Shown here piece after piece: positions 12,194-24,036 of a stretch of 64,000 nt of DNA (position 1 is the stretch's first letter; each line of letters opens with the position of its first letter). The DNA comes from Tubiluchus corallicola (taxonomy: Eukaryota > Animalia > Priapulida), in NCBI GenBank assembly GCA_030141605.1, contig JAQGDQ010000230.1, positions 62,001-126,000 on the forward strand, read 5' to 3'. The position numbers were made by a program, and so were the translations under genes. The notes under the pieces are model-generated. The model saw nothing but the letters and a program-made list of their open reading frames with translations, searched no databases and was not told the origin of the DNA.

Positions 12194-12230
12194 GCAATTG
12201 TAATGGTGCTTTTCTCTAATAAACAATAAG
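11480..12230 (+). mobile_element. L2/Crack-like LINE 3' end (decayed) in a GNPAT intron
   Basis: LTIDDLIKYNIAVFM...HRNTR....YCRTN C-terminal ORF2 pattern, 3' UTR stem-like segment near 12005-12045, and an aataaac tail. Contains (AT)n at about 12148-12189. Confidence 0.6.
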
Positions 12231-13137
12231 CAGTAATAAATCTATGCCTATTTCTTAATAGGTATAGACTTAGGGGCATACACTCTAGGGCCAGGCAGTC
12301 TTTGATCAAAGGTTATTTAATACATTGAGCTAATTTTCTTTCATATATGCTTTATAAATGGGTTATTATTTATTTTACGAGTAGGTATTATTTGCACATA
12401 CTGTATGCAGGTCAGCCATGGTAATTTTATTAGCTTTGGTTTTGCATTTGTGTTTGTGTTAAGCGATGGATACCTAAGAGGTCCTCTTTATCAGTAAAAG
12501 TAAAAATAAAGGCCACTAAAAAGCTAATGCATTGAAGAGAAGCATATGGTGATCATAGTCCCATGAATTTAAGCAGAGAAAGTAAGCTGTTTTTGTTAAT
12601 CAGCACTGTTCATTTAGTGTCCAGACGCATTTCGGTATATGTATTGCCAAATTTTGTCAGTGTTACATAACTCAGATATTGTAATTTCATTAATCCCATC
12701 ATTAACAGCTTTAGACAATGAGAGTGAAAATAACACTACATAATTGTTAACCTAAGGTAAATAATAAAATCATATAAACATAGTAAATTGTATGCACCGT
12801 AAAAAAGGCCTGAAAGTTTGTAGTAGTAATGTTATTGTCACTATAAAGGTACCATAAGCTGACAGGTTTCGGAATTGATTATTTATCTGCATTTAATCCA
12901 AAACATTCCATTTAAATAGAATTTAAGAACAGAAAAAGTGTTGCTATTGTGACAATCTTCATAACATATCACATATGTCCTGAAAATTTTAATGCCTTGT
13001 TACAAGAATTTTGTTTACAAATGCAAGAAATTGTACTAATTTTAGCTTGTGTATTTGTGACAGATTACATACAAAATATAATGTTAAGTAAAATGCATGT
13101 TTTACCATTGTCTGTCAACTTACTTTTTGTTTTGCAG

Positions 13138-13341
13138 ATTTTATGTCAATGAAAATTGTTGGCAGATTATTGAGAAAGTCTGGTGCATTTTTTATACGCC
13201 GATCATTCGGAACAGATAAATTATACTGGGCAATTTTCACGGAGTATATTCAAACTCACATGCGTAATGGTGATGCACCAATAGAGTTTTTTGTTGAAGG
13301 CACGAGAAGTCGATCACTGAAGTCCATGACACCAAAGTTAG
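13138..13341 (+). CDS. GNPAT: GNPAT coding exon 4 (GAFFIRR and EGTRSR acyltransferase motifs)
   Basis: tttgcag| (D)[24 protein letters not shown]...[21 protein letters not shown](G) |gtacta. Confidence 0.97.
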
Positions 13342-13589
13342 GTACTACCTAGGTACCATGATTTACTTATGCAGTTTTTTACTTGAAAATGTCTTTATTG
13401 TTGTGTAAAAAGTAAAAATTGTATAGTACTTTTGAGCACACTGCGCAAAATTCCATGGTGCACGCACAACCTTATACAACAAATCTAAAATTTTAAGTTG
13501 TAAATTTAACTTTCACAATTGATATTTGTGTACATAGCTGCATCTAACAGTTAACCTTTATTAAATGTTTCATGGAAACGTTGTTTCAG

Positions 13590-13741
13590 GATGTTTGTTA
13601 GCCGTCTTAGAAACCTACTTTAAGTGTGAAGTGCCGGACATGTACATTGTGCCTGTTAGCATAAGTTATGAAAGGGTCCTTGAAGAGTCTTTGTATGCAT
13701 ATGAACTGCTTGGCGTTCCAAAACCTAAAGAGTCAACTTCA
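13590..13741 (+). CDS. GNPAT: GNPAT coding exon 5
   Basis: tttcag| [50 protein letters not shown] |gtgagt. Confidence 0.96.
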
Positions 13742-14454
13742 GTGAGTACTGACTGTATTGTTATTGCTTAAACTATCTAAATAGTGACGAGCATTGCACC
13801 AGTTACTGTCTTGTGTGAAAATAATCTACTTTTCACTGATTATTCTCACTAAAGAAGGACCTAAAAGTGATGTTCATTGGTTTACTTTTGGGCTTTAGCA
13901 CTAGTAGAGTTGTTGTCTTGTCTAGTGAGCAAGGTAGTTTAGCCTTTGAAACACGGATATCAGTTAATGTCAGTATTATAGATAGAGAAATTGCTGCTAT
14001 GGTAAATTGGTTTGTTAAGAAAGTCATTGAAAATGTCTACATGATGTCTCATTTACTTGTGTTGTCATTGATTTGGCTAGTCCTATTTTTCACGTTAGAC
14101 ACCAAGAACAATGCCGGCTTTGTTGTGAATATGCTGTCGCACTGTTAGTAAGCACTTACCTAATTTTTCTTGGGCTTGTTGTTGCCTTATGATTTTGCAG
14201 CAAGTCTATGTTTCTCGGACATTCCAGGGAGACACAGATAAGCAGACAGTGTTGCGTGGCTTAAGAACAGTTTTTTAATTTGTGAAAGTTATGACCTGGT
14301 AAACTAGTGGAATATAATCCTACATAGTGCTTTGATTTGTGTAGCAAAAGAAATAGATAAAAAATGAAGCCAAACTTAACTGTGATTACACACTCTTTAC
14401 AGCTATTTTTTACGTAGAGGCGCTAAATGTCTGTTAAAACTTTTTTTGTTACAG

Positions 14455-14585
14455 GGATTGTTAAGAGCAAGACATATTCTTCAAAATGACTATGGTAGTA
14501 TTCATGTGACTTTTGGCACACCTGTGTCCATTCATGACTACTTTGATAGAAAAGTGGACAGAACTGTTCATGGTTTAGAACCAAG
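14455..14585 (+). CDS. GNPAT: GNPAT coding exon 6
   Basis: ttacag| GLLRARHILQNDYGSIHVTFGTPVSIHDYFDRKVDRTVHGLEP(R) |gtaata. Confidence 0.95.
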
Positions 14586-15097
14586 GTAATACCTGATCTT
14601 TTTTGCACTTGTTTTTATCTGGTCTTACGTAAGTAGGAATCTATTAATTGCAAAAACATAAATTTAGACCTAGCAACAGTGTGCAATACATGTATTAGTA
14701 CTGCAATAAAGCATTTCTGTTTGTTTGTTTTTGTGTTTATGCAACAAAGCAATGATGTTATTTTATCATTTTGAAAATTGCAGCCTTTCATGTAATCACT
14801 GCAGTGTTCAGGAATGTTATTTGGCAGCCTGGTTTGCTGAGCACTTGACGTGAAAGATTGTAAATATTAAATTTTGCCAATGCAGCTTGTCCACTCAGTA
14901 AGACGTGTGACTAGGCTTATAAAAAATCAAAACTAAGAAAATATTCAATTGATTGAATTTGCAGGTATTATTGTACTTGCACATGCTGACTATTTTTCTT
15001 TCCTTTACATGACTTTGTGTATATTAATGTGTTTAATAAAGACATGGTATTTAATTGGTACACTGGTCCTTTTTTTGAGGAAATTTGGTATTTACAG

Positions 15098-15342
15098 GTA
15101 TTTGTCAACGTTAACATCTAAAGAAATGGTGGCTGCTCAGGAATTTGCTTATGAAGTGATTTTGTTGCAACAAAAGAATACAATCTTGTCTCCATGGTCA
15201 TTGATATGTGCCGTGTTGTTGCAGACCATGAATGGCGTGTCGTTGCAAACCGTGGGTGGCGTGTCGTTAAACCAGCTTCTGCTTGATGTACAGTGGTTAA
15301 AACAGTTGGCTGAAAATCTTGGTTCATCAGTGGATTGGCCTG
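15098..15342 (+). CDS. GNPAT: GNPAT coding exon 7
   Basis: tttacag| YLSTLTSKEMVAAQEFAYEVILLQQKNTILSPWSLICAVLLQ...WLKQLAENLGSSVDWP |gtatga; phases 2/1 consistent. Confidence 0.92.
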
Positions 15343-17867
15343 GTATGAATGAATTTTATGTGCTAGTACATGAAATATTTTAATGAGAAGCAAATTTAAC
15401 TGTAACATCAAGGTAATGTTCTTATTTATACAAGTCAGATTGACACCAGTTAAAACTACTACTAGTCTGACATACTGTTATGATGAGCAAATCTTCATAT
15501 CATTTGCCAGTGCAGCCATACCTCATATGCTTATTTATCTGCTTGTGACTGCTGCTAAAACTGCATTGCTTTTGTTTAAGTACTTTTTATCTGTTAAGAA
15601 ATTATAATTAATTATTGTTAATTGCTGAAATACTTAGCTAAGTAGTAAACTAAAATGCTCAGAAATTAAAGTTCAAAATACAAGGTTAGCTATTAGTTAG
15701 CAGTCTTTTTAACAAGATTTCTCAGGAACAAAAAGAAAATTTGAAAAAGAAAAAAGTACTTCTCATTAAAAGCCTGCATATGAGGAATACATATCAGAAG
15801 ATGACTGGGATGCCTTTTGTCAATTAGTAGAAATTTAGTATTTGATTTATAAGCTAACGTGTTATTTAGTGCTTTTTTTAACTTGAAAAGCACTTAGAAG
15901 ATCTTTGCGAAAGATTTTCAAGGCAATTATTTTTGCTTCTTATCTGCCTGTGTGGGCTTGCTATAGTCATTGCATACTTCACTAAATATTATTGAAACAT
16001 ATCTCGTTTTCTTTTTGACCCAAAAAAGTTTTATAATTTTATTTTTTCTTTAAGATTAATTGCAGTTATCTTACGATGAATCTTGCATCTCATGCAGCTT
16101 TTGTAATTTTTCTTTTAGCTTTTGTTGCTTTAAACTTTTGCTGATTTGTGTGCTTCTTTCAAAATGCTTCCTTGGATAAAGAAAATAATTTGGTATGCCT
16201 TTGTTGCATAATGTGTTCGTAAATGTGTTCTTAGTTTCACATATTTGTATTGTCCGGGCCACAGAGTGAAAGATTGTGATATATTTGTCTCAGTTTGCTA
16301 GTGTTTGTTTCATCTTTGTCATTCCTTTTGCTTCTTACATGGTTTCTTTATTCTTACTCTGCCATAATGATCTTATCATTATCCATGCATAAACTAACAC
16401 ATACTTGCAGTGCCTTGCACTAAATTGTCGGTTCATTGCTTTTCTATTTTTGTTTGTTACTAGCTATCTTTTAATTTTTGGCAATCCTAGCCAGCTTTTA
16501 TTATTGTGTACAGTTAATTTCTTAAGTTGTGTTTTGTATTATGTTTTACTTTGTGTAATTGTTGCTAACATATGCATTATGCATTAATGTTTTTATCAAC
16601 AAGTGTATAAGGGTGCATGTGCAAATTAGCTAACCGAACTTGTTAATTTTATTTAAATTTTGTACCAAGATTATTACAAGAAGTCATCGACTATGCAGGT
16701 AACGACTGTTGAACTTTATGACGACGACCATAACAACAACAAACATTATGATATAGCTTTATTAAACAGCAGACACATACACAGTGCTACACATACAAGT
16801 CTGACTTGTGTCTGGGTACAGCCACTCAGTCTTAACCGATTATGGTCCTAAGTCATCATGTTTAAAGATATTGCAATGCATCTATTGTGATTGTAAAACT
16901 TCCAACAGCTTTGCACCATAAATACTACCTTAAAGATTTGTTTTTTCTCTTTTGCCATAAGTAAGTTCCCTTTTGCAGTGAGCGCCCTGCCAATGCATTT
17001 TAACACCTGGGTTACAAATATTTGCTGCTTATTTAAATATTGTAATGAAATGATAAAAGAACCGCAGTTCTGTTTTTAATTGAATTTTAGCTTCCTGTTT
17101 TCAGCAGCAAATTAATTAACGATGCCTTTGTGAAACTTTAAAGTTTTATTTAACAGAGCTGCTTTGCAATCCGCTGCCCTGCTTTAAGGCATCTCTTAAA
17201 CAGATTATGTTGAATATTATTATAGGCTGCTTAGGCTAGGTCTACTCCATTTTCCTTCAACATTTCTATTTGTTTGTTTTGCTCTAAAGCTTTCCTGTAA
17301 CTGCCAAGAGTATGAATTTCAAAATTTAAAGGGAACACCCTTAAACATAATCACATCAGTTTTGGGCAGTCAGTGCTAAAGTTTCTGAAATTGTCACCTC
17401 CTAGTACCTCCCAGAAGTACCTTATGACACTCTGGTAAGTAATTGTAGATGCTTCCAACAAGTTTACGTAGCACGTTATGATTTAACTGTGCAAGTCTGT
17501 GCACAATGAAATAGCAATTAAAATGAAGCTTTATACTGTCATCGCTGATGAAAATCAGTAAGATTTATTTCTTTTATGCTGTTATAAAATTTTGTAGCAT
17601 CTTTGTCAAAGTTCACACTCAATCTGAATACTGGTGGAATGAATGTGAAAATTAATATTTATTATTTACTTGTTCTATTGTACAAAACTTTTATTTTAAC
17701 CTCAATTTTTTGTGTAATTTAGTTATTAACAATTTTCTTCTGTCACTTGTATCATGAGGAGAGGCAAAATCTTGTCAGTGATTAAGTGAATAAGAGTCTG
17801 TAGAGACCATCCTATGAGACCTTACTAAAGGTTACTCACTTTTGCATCATCTTTTGCTATTTTCTAG

Positions 17868-18131
17868 TTGGCAAAACGGCAGAGTGGATAATAAGAGATG
17901 CCCTCACTATGCATGCTGAAACAGTGACACTCACTCCTGATAACATGGTTTTGCTTAACCCGTTGGAGAAGGTAAAACCTAGTCGCAGTGGACTTGATCC
18001 TATGACTATGTCTGTTGCCGTGCGCCACATGACTTTGGCTATATATCGAAATCAACTCATGCATTCTTTGTTGCATGTGGGTCTGATCTCAGTTGCTCTG
18101 AATGTTTCTGATGTCACATCACAAACTATAG
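17868..18131 (+). CDS. GNPAT: GNPAT coding exon 8
   Basis: tttctag| GKTAEWIIRDALTMHAETV...LAIYRNQLMHSL...SQTI |gtacga; YRNQL is typical of the GPAT/DHAPAT C-terminal domain. Confidence 0.9.
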
Positions 18132-18347
18132 GTACGAGATATTTTTCTTATATTTAACAATTTTAGCACATACTAAGTGTAGGAATGAAGTACTCATAAT
18201 ATATAATAGAACCAGGACCCACATAATGATTGCCAAACATTGATACCTATCCTACCTCATCAATTACATTGAAGATTTTTTTTCTCATACTTCCACTTAG
18301 CCAAATGCAAAAGCCACAATTACTGAATGTGTATTGCATTTGGAACA

Positions 18348-18478
18348 GAAAATATCAAATCAAGATATGCAAAACATTTAAAAATTGTCAACAACATCAT
18401 CATATTTCTGAAAATATCAGAAAACATCAAATCAAGATATGCAAAACATTTAAAAATTGTCAACATCATCATATTTCT
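18348..18478. repeat. Two-copy tandem duplication (~70-bp unit)
   Basis: atcaaatcaagatatgcaaaacatttaaaaattgtcaaca...tcatcatatttct occurs twice. Confidence 0.85.
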
Positions 18479-19835
18479 TATGATATATTTTTAATCATCA
18501 TAAGACAGAATTCTATATTAAAGTAAATCTGATTAAACACTAGTTATCTGCCTTCATACCTCAATCAAGTGTCCATCTATGCTTTATGATATTACTCTGT
18601 ATGGTGCTTACCACAATTTCTATCACTACATTTTCCGTTATTGAGGGTTATTTCTTTTTCATTGTTTCCCAAATGTCCATCATTTGTTTGGATCACTTGT
18701 TGTTTTGTTGTTTCTCATAATCTTACCTTGGATACTAGATGCAGAACAGCTTCATGTGAATCCAGTTCTTTCCTCTGACTACTTATCTTTGGAATTCTTA
18801 ATGAGAGTATTGTTTTCTTCCAACTGCAACAACGCTTGCTTCAAAATGAACATATCATTACTAAGTAAAGGAACCACTAATCTGTTTTTGAGAATCTGTA
18901 TTTATATTCTTATTTTCTCATCCATTGTTTTGAGTTATTACTCTCCTTGTTTAGAATGTTCTACATTCATATTAAAACAAGCAACTGTATTGTTAAAAAC
19001 TTAAAAACATCACAAATGTTCACAGTCGGATTGTCTCTAGTGCTTTAAGTTCTTAATAATAAAGCTGTCTTTTAAAATGCTGTAGAGTTCCTGCTTAAAC
19101 TGGCTTGAATCTACTTTAATGGTAAATTAAAGTTGTGAATTAACTATCACCATGTGACACTGACACATCAAAACCTGGTTTAAGTTTGTGTTACTATATT
19201 CTGTGTTTACATATTCTGGCAAGGTAAAACATTCATACACATACCTAAAATAATATTATCTTGCTACTATTACTCACCTATTACTGTTGAAATATTAAGC
19301 TGTGGAAGACATGCATCTGGTCATAGTAGTGCAATTGTAGTTGACTTGTTTTATGACAATCATTAAGTGGGTGCTAATTTTACTGTTTTTCTTAAAAGCG
19401 GATGCTCGTCAGTAGTATTAAAAACTGTATTATTAACAATACCTATATTATAAACCTTTAATGTCCGATTTGTGCATCACCATGAACTTCTTTTTGGATG
19501 CTTCAGCTATATCTTGTTTGTGTATTGGACATCTACCTAGGATGAATATGAAATTGCATTTTCTACAATCCTAATTAGGGTTTAGAAGATACTAACTATT
19601 GGTGTTAAAATATTATGTTCTCTTTTTTTATGAAAAATGGTTTGTGTAATTAGACAAAAATGTGCAGGACTCACATGAATTTCTGTTTCCTTGCTAACTT
19701 GCACCAAGTTCTCGGAAAATGCTTAATACAAAATGCTTCATATTACAAGAGTTTTTTTAAATTACTTTACTTTGCAATTTTAGCTTGGCAGTAATTTATA
19801 GTTATCTTATCAGTAGCGTTTTCTATTTTCTGCAG

Positions 19836-19915
19836 AAGAGCTATACGATCAATACAGCTTTCTTCAGAATCTCTTGTCGAAAGATTTTATTTTTCACCCA
19901 CACAAAAATCGAAAG
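19836..19915 (+). CDS. GNPAT: GNPAT coding exon 9
   Basis: ttctgcag| (E)ELYDQYSFLQNLLSKDFIFHPHKNRK |gtaaat; phases 1/0 fit the neighbouring exons. Confidence 0.88.
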
Positions 19916-20111
19916 GTAAATAAGTGTAACAAGTACAACAATTCTTTGTATAGGTTAATGTATAATTTTGGTGGATTTTTTTGTACATTTAATAGTATTA
20001 AAATTCTACATTGATTATGTGCAAGCTTTCAATCTGAGGCTGGCAAAACAAACTGAGCTTAAACTACAGAGTGTACAGAGAGCTTAAAAAATAAAATGTC
20101 AAATGCAAATA

Positions 20112-20626
20112 CAGTCATACCTCTGTTTTCGACCAAAATTCGTTCCTAAAAAATGTTTGAAAACCGTTTTGGTTGAGCACCGAATCATTTATTCCCATAA
20201 GAAATAATGTAAAAGCAAATAATCTGCTCTCAAGCACCAAATGAACTGTAAAGTATTACTAAAATGAAATATAATAATGCAAAAATGTTTGTTCAAATAG
20301 TAGATATGATACATTTGATAAGAAAAACTTAATAGAATTACTTAAAAAGAAAAACGTAATTGTTCCTGCATGAAAAAGCGGAAAAAAATAAGCGTAGAAA
20401 GCAGTTAGTGATGTTAGGCGATTAAAATCTTGCGCTTGAATACTCTTGGGCGCGGTCGGATTACGCTCAGCTCTACTCGGCTCGCCGCGCACGTGTTAAT
20501 CACGTGTTTGGCGGTTGGTCGAGTACCGAAATTCTGGTCGAAAGAGGAGACAATTTCAGCTCGAATTTTCTGGTCGAAAACCGATTTGTACGAGTACGGG
20601 GACGTTCGAAAACGGAGATATGACTG
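20112..20626. mobile_element. Tc1/mariner (pogo/Tigger-like) MITE in a GNPAT intron
   Basis: TA|cagtcatacctctgttttcga ... tcgaaaacggagatatgactg|TA: terminal inverted repeats plus TA target-site duplication. Confidence 0.85.
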
Positions 20627-20803
20627 TAAGCAAACTGCTGCTTCACAAGTAAGTGCTTTTGACATTTCCTTGTGTCTATAACATTACTAGTTCAGAAAAA
20701 TAGCAGTTTTTTTCTATTAATCCAAGCATCTCAATTCAATATGATTATTATTAGCTGTTTGCTCTAAACAAATTTTTAATAACACCACTTTTTATTAATT
20801 CAG

Positions 20804-20944
20804 ATGTTTGACCATGCTCTGCTGAGCATGCGACATCTCGGTGCAGTCATGATAGAAGAAAATGTAGTTATTAAACCAATGCCAGCCAGCAGAACATCAG
20901 TCTTTCTCAGCCAATTATTTGAACCATTCCTATGTGCTTATTGG
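20804..20944 (+). CDS. GNPAT: GNPAT coding exon 10
   Basis: attcag| MFDHALLSMRHLGAV...FLSQLFEPFLCAYW |gtatgt; phase 0/0. Confidence 0.88.
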
Positions 20945-21481
20945 GTATGTTTAATAATTATTAATTATTATTATTATTATTATTATTAAAAAACTCTTGT
21001 AACCTGAAGATTAAATTACATTACATTAAATAAGATACACTGAAGTAGTAAATAACTTTGTTGGAGCTTGATACATGATGCATGTATTGCAGTAGAAGTC
21101 GTGTATTTGTTAATGCATCCCTTCTCGCACTTTTAATTTTTTTAGTTTTCTCACAATGAATGAATTTTTTATTTTTGCAAAAACTAGTAGCAATGTTATT
21201 TAGTCATGAACTCATAAAAATATTTGTGTAGTCTGACTAGACTTGTTATTATTATGCATTAGGAAAAAATTTGCAATTCCCCACACAATTTAAATAAACT
21301 AACCTTAACCCTAACCCTAACCCCCTACCCCAATGCTAACACTAATCCTCTTCACCTACTAATTTCTTGTGTGTGCAGAATTGTAAACTTTAGCATGTTT
21401 TTATTAGTAAGAAAAATTTGTATATCATGATAAGACTCTGGAAGAATATGCTTGGTATCTAACAGTAAACGATCTTTTTAG

Positions 21482-21681
21482 TTACAATGCCAATTCTTAA
21501 TTGCTCAAGCACACGTGGATGCATTTAAGATTGGAGAGCTTTCTACAGGAGCTCAACGACTAGGTGCAGGGTTACTTCAACAGGGTCTTATTAAACACCA
21601 TGATATCCTTTCTTTGGAGCTACAAACAAATGCCGTTAATGGGCTAATTCACTGTAAAGCCATTCAGAAGAAAAAGAATGG
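21482..21681 (+). CDS. GNPAT: GNPAT coding exon 11
   Basis: tttttag| LQCQFLIAQAHVDAF...HDILSLELQTNAVNGLIHCKAIQKKKN(G) |gtaatg; phase 0/2. Confidence 0.87.
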
Positions 21682-21887
21682 GTAATGTATTTCTTAATTA
21701 ATTTTCTCTGTCATTGGTAATCAAATTGGCTAATTGTTAGAAAAGGTTTTTCGAAGGATATGATCAATGGCATCTATAAAGTGATAATGATGTTAGAAAA
21801 ACGACATGTTGAAAGGTTTTTAAAATCGGATGTATGTTTTGACAGGGTATGTTAACTCTACTAAAAAAGTATATGCCTGATACATAG

Positions 21888-22126
21888 TGTGATCCAGGTA
21901 AAAAAAGTCATAGGTAAAAACCTCAAAAAGTCATAGGAAAAGAAGTCACAGGAAAAAAGGCACAGAAATAAAAGAAATAACCCTAACCCGAACTCTGACC
22001 CTAACCCTAACGCTAGCCAAAATTTATTGTGACTCTTTTCCTATGATTTTCAAACCAAAATTCATTGTGACTTTTCTCCTACATGAAATTGTAACTTTTT
22101 TCCTGTGATTTTATTACCAGTCACCG
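21888..22126. mobile_element. MITE-like element with repeated subterminal motifs and an internal (TAACCC)n tract
   Basis: Left aaaaagtca(c/t)agg repeats are mirrored by right cctgtga/tgtgactttt repeats. Central taaccctaaccc; flanked by a catag direct repeat. Confidence 0.6.
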
Positions 22127-22921
22127 CATAGTAATGAGTACTCATGATGACATGGCTTGACATGTCGTCCATGTACTTGAAATTACATGTGCTTGTATGC
22201 ATACGTAATTGTTACTAGAAGAACAATGCTGTAGTAGACAACTGGCATGTATAAACATTCACCTGACACACATTTCGTTTACTCTTTGTACTTTCTTTCA
22301 TTCGTAGGATAAACCTGAAGCCGGTGCAAGGAATTATTAAATAATATAATGTAAGGATTAGTGTTGGTAGTGGCAAATTGTATGTGCATTTAAAAAGTTA
22401 AACCTCTTCTTGAAAAGTTAAGCCTCTTCTTGTAAACAAAGATTTTTATTTATGGCAAAATATTGTGCTGAGAGACATAGGATCTTAGGATAAAACAAAA
22501 TGGTCATGTAGACAATGTTATGGTAATTTATTCGAATAAAAGGCCTTTGTTAACAGGAGAATGACAAGAGTTCAAATTAGGAAGACACGCATCCATGCAG
22601 GGGTAATTGTTTGCTACTTTTGCGAAAGTAGTATATTTTTTATTCTTGACTGTGCAGAGATCATATTACTGTGATATAGTTTAACAAGCTTACATATGCT
22701 TTATATCACGAGGAAAAAACGGTATTTGTTAATTGTTTGATACACTGTGTATCCTTTGTATTTAACGGGATGGGGGTAGCACCTATAGTTTGTAGAAGAT
22801 TTGAAGTGATCTCAGGACATTAAGAACATTATCTTGAATCAGGCATGGTATATTTCCTACGGATGGGAGGATATGTAAAAATATCAACAAATGTTGATAA
22901 AGGTATTATTTCCTTTTGCAG

Positions 22922-22983
22922 AAATGATGATCCATTCTTATTACCACATACAGAAAGCATTCAAAAGATTGCTGATAGAATAG
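22922..22983 (+). CDS. GNPAT: GNPAT coding exon 12
   Basis: ccttttgcag| NDDPFLLPHTESIQKIADRI |gtgagt; phases 2/1 bridge exons 11 and 13 exactly. Confidence 0.82.
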
Positions 22984-23611
22984 GTGAGTATTGAAACTTT
23001 GACCACTAAGCTTTAACACGAAATCAGCTTTGCCTTGTTATTATTAGAAACAGCACTGTTTGAACATACAAAACAGGAAATTAAAAGCTAAGCCTTAAGT
23101 TAAGGTCTGCATTTACTTTTAGGTAAAAAAGCGTGCTTTAGCAATTTTGAAGCAGGCAACTTATAAGCTAATTAACTAATTATCATTTTACATTTGTACA
23201 AGAACAAGCGTATTAACCATTAGTAGCTACAGTATCAGATGCAACATTGCTGTGTTGCAGATTAAAAAAAGATATTTTTGCTTTCATTTCTGTTAATATT
23301 TTCCAAGCTCGCCTGTATTTAGTAAACGAATGTCAGTCTACCCATTTCTTTTTCTAAGTGACGCTGATGACCATATACTACCCCAATTTCTTTGTGCCAA
23401 GCTTCAAACTTAATGGTTTCATGACACTAAGAGGATATATAATTCGATTGTGAAGCTAAGTAACTGTAGCTATATATAGCATGTTGATTGAATTTACCAT
23501 CATTCTACTTCTCAAAAAGGCTAAAACAGTTAAATTGATGAAATGGATGTTGGCAAAAGCCTGACTTATAATGCTAATCTCATTTCAAAGTTACAATTGC
23601 TTATTAAAGCC

Positions 23612-23765
23612 TTGTAATTTGAGGTGTCTTTACACTTTTTAAGGGCTGACTTAAACAATGGGGAATGCTCGTAAGATTAGATATTATTGTAATTTGAGAT
23701 GTCTTTACACTTTTTAAGGGCTGACTTAAACAATGGGAAATGCTCGTAAGATTAGATATTATTGT
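23612..23765. repeat. Near-perfect two-copy tandem duplication (~76-bp unit)
   Basis: ttgtaatttgag(g/a)tgtctttacactttttaagggctgacttaaacaatggg(g/a)aatgctcgtaagattagatatta occurs twice. Confidence 0.9.
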
Positions 23766-23956
23766 TTAGCCAACATGTTCAATGTGAAATTTTCAAGTAT
23801 TTCAAATGATCAAAATTTAACATGACCAGCAGTTGCTTAATAAATTGTTGAAACGAAACAAGTAGTTTATAACTGCAATAATGCTACTATTCCAAATGTA
23901 TCACTAGCCTCCATGGGTTAACATTACTAACAATTAACATTCATTTTTTTGTTTAG

Positions 23957-24036
23957 GTGATTTTATAAAACTTCCATCCTATGATTCAAGTGTCTATTTA
24001 CAGCTATGCTCAAAAACTGTGGAAGCCAAACTTTAA
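23957..24036 (+). CDS. GNPAT: GNPAT terminal coding exon with peroxisomal targeting signal PTS1 (AKL)
   Basis: ttttgtttag| (G)DFIKLPSYDSSVYLQLCSKTVEAKL-TAA; C-terminal AKL is the known GNPAT PTS1. Confidence 0.92.

Noticed and set aside
16000-19070. Possible minus-strand LINE remnants in GNPAT introns (about 16.0-16.4 kb and 18.5-19.0 kb)
   Set aside because: Composition is suggestive, but I could not read diagnostic motifs with confidence.
21298-21345. Telomere or chromosome-fusion site
   Set aside because: Only a few degenerate TAACCC units, embedded in small inverted-repeat elements within an intron.
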